A stretch of DNA of 63,373 bases, counting the filler, from Asterionella formosa (Eukaryota): the NCBI GenBank assembly GCA_002256025.1. It is 6 parts of 6 records of this genome, joined end to end, with 100 filler letters (N's around TTAATTAATTAA, not from the genome) between each part and the next. Parts side by side here need not be neighbours in the genome. Positions count along the whole stretch, not along the records: positions 1 to 28,018 come from NKIB01001334.1; positions 28,119 to 56,053 come from NKIB01001346.1; 4 more parts are not named here. One strand, given 5' to 3'. The position numbers and the translations under genes are program-made. This document shows, one piece after another, positions 22,954-33,500 of the stretch. Below the pieces are notes generated by a model. That model was given only the letters and a program-made list of their open reading frames with translations. It made no database searches and was not told where the DNA came from. How positions within the stretch are numbered: position 1 is the first letter of the stretch; each line of letters opens with the position of its first letter.

Positions 22954-24486
22954 TCATCTAGTCGACATTAACGTCTTATCAATGTGCCCGTACCCAGCCT
23001 CCTTGAGCAAGATGAACTTGACCTCATGAAAGTGTCGAGATGCCTGTTCAGGTGTCTCGTGAATGCACATGATGCCAACACTACCATAGGCAGCTAATGC
23101 ATCCACCATATAAAAGATAGTTCCCTTCATAGTAGTCTTGTCGAATTTAAGCCAAGTAGGGTACAATTTAATCATGTCCAAAAGGTCGTCTGGAGTTAGT
23201 TTCTTCAACAACTCATTATGAAACGAGTCTAGAGCAAAATAACATCGGGGTTCACCATTAGGTAGCAGGAACATGCCATTTTGGTTCATATGACCATCAA
23301 ATGTTACTAATTGCAATGTCATCATTGAATGTGTTGTCTTGGGATACCGAAGATTCACTTCCAGGGCTCGCAAATCCCAAGTTTTGTCATGCCGCTGCCA
23401 GGCGAGGAAATCAACTCCATACCGTTCATTCCTCACTCCACGGTCTTTCAAAAAGTTACCAATGATCGTACACGTTTCTTGCAATTTCAGTCGATAGTCA
23501 GCATTCGCAGGGAAGAAACAAGCTTGGTAGAGTTCGTCCACACAAATGTGTTCGTGTGTGGAGACTACACATACATCGCCAGAGACATCAACGTACCCCT
23601 CTACAGACGGACACTTTATATCTCCATGCTCCTCGATAAATTCCTCCATAATTGCTCCGCCTTTTGTTAATTTGCAAAGGAATTCTCTTGGAGTCTCTCC
23701 GTTAAATGGCCAAAGGTCATTGCATATCAGCGACTTGGTAAGGACTACAGGATCCATACTTTCTGGTAGTCGCCAAATGGCATTACCTAAGCCGTCGACT
23801 CCTTCATTCAGTTTAATGATGATTGTTTTGATCTTTGGGCGCTCTGTTTTAAGGGCAATGACACCCTCGACCACATCTTCTGTTGATTCGAGTAAGTTGT
23901 AGGTTCCCAGACAGTGTGGAATCTCACACCACTGAAAGAGTTGCCGACTTCCTAACTTGGTTCCCCAATGCGAACGAACGGGTGTAAGGGCAGCACTGAT
24001 ACCCAATTTGAGAGCTACTTTTTGCTCCAATTCTGTGTGTACATATGTGGACAAATACGTCTGTTTGGGGTTGATGCTGTCCTTGAGGCGCCTCATGAGT
24101 CTAGGTCGATTCATCAATTTCTTGCATAACGGTGTCAATGACGTATCGTAACATGAAACCATGGTCAAACGCTTTCTAGCATCGTCAGGAGAGACTTGCG
24201 TCAAGAGGCTAAGATAATAGTCTATTACGGTTTGTGAGACAGGCATGGAAGTGACATAGAAAACTCGGTTGTGGCGATTGTTGAGGTGCAAGAGGAAGCA
24301 AAGAAAACGTTCTTCGTGACAGAGGCACCATCGCGACAAACCCGGGACACTCTCAATGTAATCAGATGAAACTGGAATCGACGGAATGTGCAGCAGATCG
24401 ACGTTGTCGTCGTTTTTGAAAGGGTGCTGGAAGAAGGTGAAAATGGTGGAGAGATATTCCTCAATCGTCATTTTTGCTGAACTCAT
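22954..24486 (-). CDS. PGM1-related ATP-grasp peptide-ligase-like protein (pre-ATP-grasp + ATP-grasp + PGM1_C; IQCH-related fold)
   Basis: HEERFL, YVTSMPV..VIDYYL.LL, YDTSL.PL.KKLMNRPRL, HWGTKLGSRQLF, IKLNEGVDGLGNA, EEFIE, PSVEG, STHE, YGVDFLA, EVNLR; intronless 510 aa. Confidence 0.85.
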   Translation of the reverse strand: MSSAKMTIEEYLSTIFTFFQHPFKNDDNVDLLHIPSIPVSSDYIESVPGLSRWCLCHEERFLCFLLHLNNRHNRVFYVTSMPVSQTVIDYYLSLLTQVSPDDARKRLTMVSCYDTSLTPLCKKLMNRPRLMRRLKDSINPKQTYLSTYVHTELEQKVALKLGISAALTPVRSHWGTKLGSRQLFQWCEIPHCLGTYNLLESTEDVVEGVIALKTERPKIKTIIIKLNEGVDGLGNAIWRLPESMDPVVLTKSLICNDLWPFNGETPREFLCKLTKGGAIMEEFIEEHGDIKCPSVEGYVDVSGDVCVVSTHEHICVDELYQACFFPANADYRLKLQETCTIIGNFLKDRGVRNERYGVDFLAWQRHDKTWDLRALEVNLRYPKTTHSMMTLQLVTFDGHMNQNGMFLLPNGEPRCYFALDSFHNELLKKLTPDDLLDMIKLYPTWLKFDKTTMKGTIFYMVDALAAYGSVGIMCIHETPEQASRHFHEVKFILLKEAGYGHIDKTLMSTR

Positions 24487-25668
24487 TTTCTGTATCTATT
24501 TGTTTTTGTGACTTTAAACTTGTAAATGAAAATTCATTTCTTGATTTCTGTTTATTCTTCTTCTGTTTTGTGAGTATCATATTTGACCTGTCGCCTTCAG
24601 AAACATCAAGTCAGTTGGAGCTCCATCGAAGTGATGGTGACATTAGAGTTCTGTTTGTCAACTTGCATTACCGGTACCTGGTACCTGGCACCGTTCTTGT
24701 ATATACCCATATGTACCGTTATGAAGTAAAAAATCAGTCACTTCTGTGAGTCGTCCCAAACGAAACCTCCTCCTCCGCCACCTCGCCGAAGAATGATTGT
24801 ATGTTATAATTACTATCATCCTGTAAGTGTGTACATACCGGTACGTGTATGGCAGCCATGGTGTGGTACTATAAAGTCTCTGTGCGTACGTCGGTTTGTG
24901 CATTTCTTTGTGGTCACCTGTCGGATAACGGAAACAAGGCAAATACCGGTATGCCGTGCTTCTTCTAGTTATTTCTATGTATGTGTGTGTTTTTTGTTTT
25001 AGAAACATTGTTTACAGGATATAAATATATTTATATTTAGATATTATGTTCACAGGCCGGTGTGTGCATTAGCATACCCAACCTTGTGGTACCTGGTACC
25101 TGGTACCAGGTACATACTGATGTACTAAAGGTAATACCAGAAACCGCCGTACTCCTATGTATTACTTACTCATTAACCCCCAATAATTATTAATATATAC
25201 GATAGGGAACGAGCAAAGGGTATACCGGTATGTATAAGGGTACCTGCTACTGTGCGTACCAAAAATACATCAAAATCTGCACTGTGTATTTAAAATATTC
25301 AAGCATATATTTCTCACATTTTGCAGGATGGCTGATGCTGATTCAGAAATCCGTGGAATGACGACGATGAAAGTATACCGGTATGTTGACTCAAGTCTTT
25401 CATTTTTGTTCAAGCAATCAGGGAGTATGTAGTTCGTACATATGCATCATTACAACCAAAATAAGTTCGTCAACAGTGGTGTCCTCATTTCGTCATATTA
25501 TTTTCCTTCCCTGACATGTTTCTTCTTGAGGCTCAAAATCCGCGAGTGGAACAAACCCACCAGAAAGAGTCAGCAAAAGAACGAAGAGCAAAGTTAGCTC
25601 ATTTATATTCCCCATCAAGTCACATCAGGGAGCTAGTATCAACACATTGCTATTATCGTGACTCACCC

Positions 25669-26304
25669 ATGTTGACCACTGCAATTATCCTAGCCCTATG
25701 TTGCAGTGGCCATGCCCTGCAATCCAAATACCCAACCACCTACAACTACTTTGGTTATGGCAGCAACATGATGACAACAAGTATGACTGACATGCGTGGA
25801 TTGACTCCACTCTACACCACTGCTGCTGTGTTGCCAGAGTACCGATTGAGATTCAATATTCCAGGAATACCAGGAATTGAACCATCGGCGGCTAGTGTGG
25901 AGCCATGTCAAGGAAATTCGGTACATGGTGTGTGTTACAAACTCACTCCAGAGGATTTTGCACGTGTTGGGCAGACCGAAGGAGTGCCGTTCGGCTATCG
26001 GTGGCAGTCAGTGCGTGTTTTTACGTATATAGGGAACGGCGACTCTGCCGGCCAAGAAGCTGTCAACACAAAGCAGAGCATACTCGCATACACGTTGATG
26101 ACGACGTTTCCTCGCCCCAATGACATTCAGCCCAGCAAGTCATATTTAAATCTCATCCAACAAGGCGCAAATGAGTGGAATATGGATCAATCGTATAGGG
26201 AGAAGTTGGATCGCATAGAGTATGCCAAGAAACTCATTATTCCCAATGGCGTAGCTGGAGCAACGTTGAAATGGGCCGTGTTACAAAAGAAATTTATGGG
26301 GTGA
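25669..26304 (+). CDS. Gamma-glutamylcyclotransferase-like protein with N-terminal signal peptide
   Basis: YFGYGSNM motif, VHGVCYKL, catalytic Glu in GQTEG, PSKSYLNLIQQGA; hydrophobic leader MLTTAIILALCCSGHA from ATG 25669 (an upstream in-frame ATG at 25516 is possible). Confidence 0.85.
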   Translation: MLTTAIILALCCSGHALQSKYPTTYNYFGYGSNMMTTSMTDMRGLTPLYTTAAVLPEYRLRFNIPGIPGIEPSAASVEPCQGNSVHGVCYKLTPEDFARVGQTEGVPFGYRWQSVRVFTYIGNGDSAGQEAVNTKQSILAYTLMTTFPRPNDIQPSKSYLNLIQQGANEWNMDQSYREKLDRIEYAKKLIIPNGVAGATLKWAVLQKKFMG

Positions 26305-26362
26305 TACAGTTGCACTATTTTTGGAAACAGAATCATCATAAACTTAACTCTATTCCATACAT

Positions 26363-27937
26363 TTACATTTGCCGCCTGTATTGACCATTTTGATTTTGAA
26401 TCGACCGGTAGTCTGTAAATTGGCACGGGAAACTCTCCTGGAGTTGAACGGCTGGTTTGAAATGTGTCGCGTTCAACATATGAAAATATGAAGCATGCTC
26501 TCCAAACCCACTTCGACTCAGGACAAAAGCATCACTATATTCTGCCATGGCATACCAATCCAAAAAAGTCCTCAGATTCTGCTTGATTCGTTCGTCCCGC
26601 CGCAAGAATTCAAAGGAAGATCGATCGATATGCGTCACAGGCTCTTTTGCCACGACAAGACGAATAGATTCGTCACCTTCAAATATCGTTTGCATTTCTA
26701 CTAATGCCCTTTCTGTATCACTCGTTGCCCAAATGATACATTTCAATGTCGAGGTCCGACAAAATTCCCTGGCTTTTTCTGCCATGGACTGGATGCATGC
26801 AGGTGCATGGCGATCCGGGTCTTTCCATCCTCGAACTTGTATTTTTCTGACATCACCACCAAGTCTAATTTGCACCCCAACTACAAAGCGACCTTTGAAT
26901 AGATTTCTGTACAATGCCAAAGCATCCTTCAAGGCCTTGGAAGGACGTGTCATAAATAACCGGAAGAAAATAAATGTCCGTTCTGCTCTGCCCAAGTCCA
27001 TGAGTCGGTTGTTCTTCCAAAATTGTGCGGCATATGCATTATGCTTGAAGGGATCCATTCGAAAGGTCAGTTGGCTCAACACCACAACATCCTGGTCGAT
27101 ATTTTTTGTATATTTCCCAAACAATTCCTGTGGCATGTTTGTCTCGTAGAACCATGACATATTCTCGTACTCAATAGTGCCACTTTCCTTTGTAGTTCTA
27201 GTCGTCTTTTTGATGGCATAATAGTCCCAGTTTCCTCCAGCGGAGGATAGTGCAATTGTAGGAATGTTTTTCAATTGAGGCACTACATCTAAAGATGTTT
27301 TCAAATTGAATTTCTGAAACAAGATCCCTCCAGCGGAATAGTACTTATCATTCAATCCAAGAAAGAAATCATCCCACTGGGCCGGATGTTCCATACATAT
27401 TGAAAATGTGGCATTCATTGCCAATGCTAATAGAAATGTATTCACTGCCGCACGGATACGATCTCCCAATCCACCACAACCTTTCTGACAATAATACACG
27501 ACATGTCGACGTAGTTGTTGTTTTGGTTGTTGTTGCGGTTGTTCATAATTGGCCCGTACCAGCCCAACACGTAGTGGCATGTTGGTGGGATGGGCATCTA
27601 CCAAGGATTGCAGACAATGGATAGAAAATGGAACAATGATCGGTTTCGGAAAGGTGGAGCTGTAGTAGTAGTTGGTGTATTGCTTGAGTGTGCAATTATC
27701 ATGATGACGAGACGTTTGTTGTTCCCCATTATTACCGGTTGGTGATACCGGTAGTATGGTACCAGTTGTGTTTGTCAAAACAAGCGCAGTTGGTGGTTGG
27801 TCTGATGATAATATTGTCGTTGAAATGACCTTCCAATGACGAGCAGAGAATATGTTCAAGCAGCAGCATACGCTGACAATCAAAGCAATGCTAAGGAGCA
27901 GAACTTTGTGATATCCTGCTGTAATGTTTTTGGTCAT
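26363..27937 (-). CDS. Type II membrane GT-B fucosyltransferase-like glycosyltransferase (GT23/GT37/NodZ-like)
   Basis: N-terminal signal-anchor; CGGLGDR, VGVQIRLGG, WATSDT and SRSGFG motifs. Confidence 0.75.
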   Translation of the reverse strand: MTKNITAGYHKVLLLSIALIVSVCCCLNIFSARHWKVISTTILSSDQPPTALVLTNTTGTILPVSPTGNNGEQQTSRHHDNCTLKQYTNYYYSSTFPKPIIVPFSIHCLQSLVDAHPTNMPLRVGLVRANYEQPQQQPKQQLRRHVVYYCQKGCGGLGDRIRAAVNTFLLALAMNATFSICMEHPAQWDDFFLGLNDKYYSAGGILFQKFNLKTSLDVVPQLKNIPTIALSSAGGNWDYYAIKKTTRTTKESGTIEYENMSWFYETNMPQELFGKYTKNIDQDVVVLSQLTFRMDPFKHNAYAAQFWKNNRLMDLGRAERTFIFFRLFMTRPSKALKDALALYRNLFKGRFVVGVQIRLGGDVRKIQVRGWKDPDRHAPACIQSMAEKAREFCRTSTLKCIIWATSDTERALVEMQTIFEGDESIRLVVAKEPVTHIDRSSFEFLRRDERIKQNLRTFLDWYAMAEYSDAFVLSRSGFGEHASYFHMLNATHFKPAVQLQESFPCQFTDYRSIQNQNGQYRRQM

Positions 27938-28018
27938 GATCCTTAGCTTTGAAGGAAAGCATTTTTATTATGAACACGTAATCCAAAAGAAAATGGTAGA
28001 CTACCGGTCCGGGGCACT

Positions 28019-28118
28019 NNNNNNNNNNNNNNNNNNNNNNNNNNNNNNNNNNNNNNNNNNNNTTAATTAATTAANNNNNNNNNNNNNNNNNNNNNNNNNN
28101 NNNNNNNNNNNNNNNNNN
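28019..28118. other. Artificial scaffold linker (N44-TTAATTAATTAA-N44)
   Basis: The same 100-nt construct also occurs at 56054-56153, 57885-57984, 59714-59813 and 61544-61643; it puts stops in all six frames. Confidence 0.95.
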
Positions 28119-28566
28119 TACCAGGTACCAGGTACCAGGTACTCACCCCGTACTAGATGTCATTATTAGCAGCATGCAGGACTTTTGTACCAGGTACCGG
28201 TAGGGAGTATCAGATATTACCTGGTGCGGGTGTATGCATACCAGCAAGTTGCGGTGATTTTGTTGAGACTAAATATTTAGCTATTTTTATTCGAGATTAA
28301 AATGATAGTTTAAGCAAAATGACCGCAACTTGCAGGTACCTGGTAATAATACCTGGTGCCAGGTACAAGGTTGAGGTCTCGTCCCAGGTACTCGAGGTGA
28401 CAAAAAATCAACATTTTCAGGACCCCACCGACATACAGCACCTGCAAAGGAATCGCATTCGAAGCTGTAATACTGGTGCTCTGCTTTGAATAGCAACACA
28501 CACCTTTACATCTAATAGCAGTGAATTCAAAGCCGAAAGGGCAAAAGGAGGCGGCGTTTGGTTACC

Positions 28567-30753
28567 ATGACGGCAACTTCCTCTTTCCTCCGTCAGTATC
28601 CCTCAGCTCTGCTTAAACGGTGCAACGATGTGTGTCATCAATCGCCTACCGGTATTACTCTAATCCGTAAGCGACCTCTACGAAGTTTTTGCAATCATCG
28701 GTTCCTGTCAACTCGAATTCATGAAACTCGTCTTGTCTCAATTCTCGAGGACAAGGACCTCATGGACAAAATCCCATTAGAAGACGTTCGAAATTTTTGC
28801 TTCATTGCACACGTAGATCACGGGAAATCAAGTCTTGCCTCTCGTGTGTTGGAGCTGACTGGAAATCTAGGCAAAGAAGCACAGCTATTAGCGCGGCAGG
28901 CCGCGGCTGGCACCCTCGATCTCCCGTTGCACGTTGACGCCAAGAACAAGGAAAAGATTGAGGCACTCGATACGCTGGCAGTGGAGCAGGAAAGAGGGAT
29001 CACTGTCAAAGCTTCAGCAGCGACGATGCTGTATCCTCACCCATCGGCAGTTGGACCAGAGGGGTTGATTCTGCTAAATATGGTAGATACTCCAGGTCAT
29101 GTTGATTTTGGTTTGGAGGTTTCGAGATCACTCTCCTTTATTCAAGGCGCTGTATTGCTGTTGGATGCGACACAAGGCATTCAAGCGCAAACATTTTCTG
29201 TTTATCACAAAGCCAAGTCGCTACCTAATCCACCACAGCTTCTCATCGGACTCACTAAAGTGGACTTGGCGGAAGCCCGACCCATCCATGTAGCATTGAC
29301 TGTCTCCGAATGGCTCAATTGGGATGATCCAGACACTATTCTACATACCTCAGCTAGAAACAGGCTAGGAATTCAGGGCGTTTTGGACGCAGTTTGTGAA
29401 CAAGTCCCTCCACCTAAGATATTGGAAGATGACGATGGAAGTACAATGAGGGCTCAAGTGGTAGACTCATGGTACGATAATCGAGGCGTGAACTGCCTTG
29501 TGCAAATTGTGTCGGGCGAACTGAAGGAAACGGATCGGATTTCCATTGTTGGTAGCGACTCCTCGTCTTATTCTGTACAAGAAATCGGGATTGTAGTACC
29601 GACCCCCTTGCGAATGAATCACCTAAAACGGGGGCAGATGGGCTATGTTAGATTTGGACTGAAGGATCCAAGACAAGCCAGGACAGGAACAGTACTCATC
29701 ATGAATAAAGACGTTGGCAAAAAAATGATCATGCCTTCACTTCCCACTTGTGGTGAAACCAAGTCGGTTCTGTATGCATCGGTGCATCCTTTAGAAGCAG
29801 ATGGCTTTGAAGAGTTGTGTGTTGCTGTAGAAAAAATGGCCCTGAATGATCCTGGCTTGGAGGTTTCAAAAACAGCAGGATCTTCAGCTGGTGAAGACGG
29901 TGGTCCTTTCTTAGGTCCTGGTCTTCGTATCGGCTTCCAAGGCATGTTGCACGTGGAGATTTTTAGACAACGATTGGAAGACGAACATGAATTGGAGGCT
30001 ATAGTGACACCTCCAAAAGTTCCATATCACATTACATACCACCCACACATTACAAATAAACTTACTGAACCATATACCGAAATCATTGAGGACTTGGCCA
30101 AATGGCCTGATCCAGGTGCCGCGAAAGTGTCTATACAAGAGCCCATGGTAAACGCATCTATCATGGCCCCAACGGATTACACAGGAGGCATTATGGACTT
30201 GATGACACGGAAGCGATGTGTGGGTTTGGAATCTAGACCCATAGATGAAGAGAATTGGCTTTTTACAGGACGGATGCCATGGGGTGAGTTAGTGACGGAC
30301 TTTCACGACGAATTGAAGAATATTACGGCAGGCTATGGAAGTCTGGACACGACGGAAGCAGATCCACCATTTCAAGAAGCCAAGCTGAGCAAAGTTGACA
30401 TAATGCTGAATCAAGAGATCGTAGAACCCCTGTCCTTTGTTTGCCACGTAGACGTGGCTCAGGCCCAATCTCGTCTGGTTTGCAAGAAGCTCCAAGACGT
30501 CTTACCTCGACAACAGTTTGTGACTGTCATTCAAGCCAAGGCGGGTGGCAAAATTATTGCTAGTGAGCGAATCAACCCCTATAGAAAGGACGTCCTTACC
30601 ACTGGAGGAAGCAAGTCTGTTGGTGGCGGCGATGTTACGAGAAAAATGAAGCTATTGGAAAAGCAGAAGAAAGGCAAGAAACGACAGCAGAGTACAGGAA
30701 GGGTAACTCTCAGCCAAGCAGCCTTCAACAGCGTGATTACCAGAGGTAACTGA
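28567..30753 (+). CDS. GUF1: Translation factor GUF1/LepA (EF-4), likely mitochondrial
   Basis: RNFCFIAHVDHGKS, EQERGITVK, DTPGHVDF, GFQGMLHVEIFRQRL, LPRQQF, KLLEKQKKGKKR; presequence-like N-terminus from ATG 28567. Confidence 0.93.
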   Translation: MTATSSFLRQYPSALLKRCNDVCHQSPTGITLIRKRPLRSFCNHRFLSTRIHETRLVSILEDKDLMDKIPLEDVRNFCFIAHVDHGKSSLASRVLELTGNLGKEAQLLARQAAAGTLDLPLHVDAKNKEKIEALDTLAVEQERGITVKASAATMLYPHPSAVGPEGLILLNMVDTPGHVDFGLEVSRSLSFIQGAVLLLDATQGIQAQTFSVYHKAKSLPNPPQLLIGLTKVDLAEARPIHVALTVSEWLNWDDPDTILHTSARNRLGIQGVLDAVCEQVPPPKILEDDDGSTMRAQVVDSWYDNRGVNCLVQIVSGELKETDRISIVGSDSSSYSVQEIGIVVPTPLRMNHLKRGQMGYVRFGLKDPRQARTGTVLIMNKDVGKKMIMPSLPTCGETKSVLYASVHPLEADGFEELCVAVEKMALNDPGLEVSKTAGSSAGEDGGPFLGPGLRIGFQGMLHVEIFRQRLEDEHELEAIVTPPKVPYHITYHPHITNKLTEPYTEIIEDLAKWPDPGAAKVSIQEPMVNASIMAPTDYTGGIMDLMTRKRCVGLESRPIDEENWLFTGRMPWGELVTDFHDELKNITAGYGSLDTTEADPPFQEAKLSKVDIMLNQEIVEPLSFVCHVDVAQAQSRLVCKKLQDVLPRQQFVTVIQAKAGGKIIASERINPYRKDVLTTGGSKSVGGGDVTRKMKLLEKQKKGKKRQQSTGRVTLSQAAFNSVITRGN

Positions 30754-31274
30754 AGCAATTCTAGCGTATTTCCATAATATCTACTACTAAAGTTATTGTT
30801 TACAATCTGTTAGGGTCCTTGTCTTAACAAGGCTTTGCATGTTCCATCACGAAATGAAGTGCCTCCCTACCGCCCTGTAATGGCTGCGCTATTCCTCATT
30901 AATTATTATAACTATATAATATCTATTTATTTATTATTTTTTTTTAAAGTTTTATTTTTTTTCCAACATACGGTAGACTACCTACCGGTAGTCTACCGGT
31001 AATAAAATTTATGATGAACAAGTACCGCCGGGTATTTATGATGTGAGGATGGCAATCTCAATCTGATGGGTTTGATTTTGATGAACGAGCCAGCTCGACG
31101 TTTTCATTGGTACCCCGACCAACTTCAAATCCTCCTTTATTCATTTTCATAAATTACCGGTTGATCATTTCATAGTGGTCCTTTTCCTTGGATAACCTCT
31201 GCTTGATATTTGATTGATTGATATCGTCTACCGGTAAACGATCCGACGACGCGTGGAAACAACTTGCAGATCAC

Positions 31275-33372
31275 ATGGCGGCATCTCCGTTGGATCAACC
31301 GGCGCCAACTCTGGCTCAAATCGTTGCAATGATCGACGCGTGGAGAAGACTCATGGTTGTTTGGGGCCTGCTGCCAGCTTTGACTGTCCTGTCGCCTCTC
31401 GTGGTATGGAGCTTAGTGACTGTGCTGAATCACACGACGCATGGACACGGTGTGTTGACGGCCACCGGATCACTCGCTCTGACAGCCTGGGCGAGATCCA
31501 TGATTATTTCATACGCTCCGTCGACGCAGGCGAAGAACGATGCGCTCTATCAGTCCCGGTGGATCATTCCTTTAATTAGTTTCATCTTGTCGCGACAAAT
31601 TTGTGTCAAACTGTTGGAACCTGTTTTTGAAAAAATCGGAATGACAGAACTGCTGCATTTCACGCCATGGGTCCCCTATATGATTGCTCTGCGCCTTGCC
31701 GGCTCCATGGCCCTTTTGGGTCTTGCTGTTATTATGAGATTCATTGGTCCATGCTCGATTGGTAAGTGATGCTGGCGTTCTCATGAACCATCACTTTGTT
31801 TTCTAATCGCTTTAATCCGCAAGTACAGTCCGATGCTCGTCGTTTCCGTTGGTTTCGCACCCAGTTTCATCTCAGGTACGAGCGTTTCTCGCTAAATGTA
31901 CCTCCTTTGTTGCTTTTTTGGAATTGATAGCGGCGCCAAGCGACACCCCGGGAATTTTGTTGAGGTCGCCGTTCTCAACGCCAGGGATGCAGGAAGGGAG
32001 AAGGTACCAGACTCCTTCCATCAAGAAGTGCTTGGCATTAGTTATGGCATCTACTCTGATTGGATTGGTCTTATCATACGTGATACATCCAGCACTATCA
32101 AATGAAATGGACATAGTCTTGATTTTCGTTGCATGCTCGACAAGTATTCTCGCGGATTTGTTTCGTTGTCTGGATGGAAGGTATCATGAAATCGACCCAA
32201 CTAGATACCAAAACATGGACACCCAGACAATCTTATCTTTTTATCGCATGTTTCCGCAAAAAGCGAGCATATTAATGTCTGTCCTCCTAGTGCCAGTGGG
32301 TTCAATGTTGCTCAATGCTCATATATCAAGGAGCTTAATTGTTTCCTGCATTTTGGTTGTTGCATTTTCGAGTTCCTTCCTGATTGCTGTTGATCTGTTC
32401 ACTCGAGTTTGCTTGTGTCTACCCACTCTGCAGGTATCCCGACTTGTTGAAGAAATTAGTGGCGATTTCACTCCAGAATCGACTCTAGATGTGATCTTAT
32501 GCAGCATCCTACAGGGAAACAGTGAATTAATAGATTCGATTTGGGCCCCGACTCGAAAACCAGGCACTTTGATGATTGAGGAAGAAGAGATCGAACGAAA
32601 CGACAAAAGTATGGAGATGATGTCTAAACTGATTCTGCAAGAAGAACCAGTCCATTTTGTGGCACAGCTGGAGCAAGACATACTTCGCATCTCGATTTTG
32701 GAGTCCTTCGGTGGTGGAACAAATATTGATTGTGAAAGGCAGCACACAATGATCAAGAATTTGGTACACCCGAAAGATGCCCCGTTGTCGATAACAATCA
32801 GTGGACGAGGAGAGCCTCTTGCTGTACCATTTGTACGGGCACTGTGTGCATATGCTGGAGGTTTGGGTTTGGCATTTTCAAACATTTCTATATCATCAAA
32901 ATACTCAGGGAACTTTGTTACATGGGATCTCCCACCGGGAGCAGTTGCTTGCGCGCAGTGGGCAGTTGTGGCATCGTCTCGTTTTCTGGTAGAATCAATC
33001 TCTCGATCAGGCAAAATGATCGAAAACTGGAGAAGCAGTCACCTGTCCATGCTTGTTCCCGTTGTATTTCATGCTGCTTTCACACTCCGCAAGGGAATTC
33101 TCAATTTCATCGATTCAAGGCCTAATGGCAGCAGAGATGGGTCTACACCTGTTTTGACGGTTTTATTGGATGCATGCGACAAGGCTGCCATTTCCATTCT
33201 TGAACAAGTGCGTGATCTAACAAGAAACTTTGATGTTCAAGTCCGTTCAGAATGCCGATTATGGCTCGAGCCCCTTATCACAAGATGTAGCCCATCATCG
33301 ACCTTGGTCCCGGTGTTGGCTCACGAAGGAGAGCACATCAAGGTACCTCTCCGATTTTTCGCGTATCCATAA
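31275..33372 (+). CDS. Multi-pass membrane protein with helical C-terminal domain, possibly nucleoporin Ndc1 (exons 31275-31761, 31829-33372)
   Basis: GT-AG intron 31762-31828 joins the two ORFs in frame; several hydrophobic helices in the N-half; C-terminal AQWAVVASSRFLVESI...LVPVVFHAAFTLRKGI loosely resembles the Ndc1 C-terminus. The gene is well supported, the Ndc1 call is weak. Confidence 0.55.
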
Positions 33373-33500
33373 ATAAAGTTCTACCCAAGATTGAAATCGT
33401 TTGACACGTATTCACTGAAGGTAACCCAGCAGATTTTTATCCAGGTTAATTACGCCTTATCACAGGTCTAGACTAGACCGAAACATCAGTCTATATTAAC

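Noticed and set aside
28063..28074. TTAATTAATTAA palindrome recurring five times
   Set aside because: Always centred in an identical 100-nt N pad: an assembly linker, not biology.
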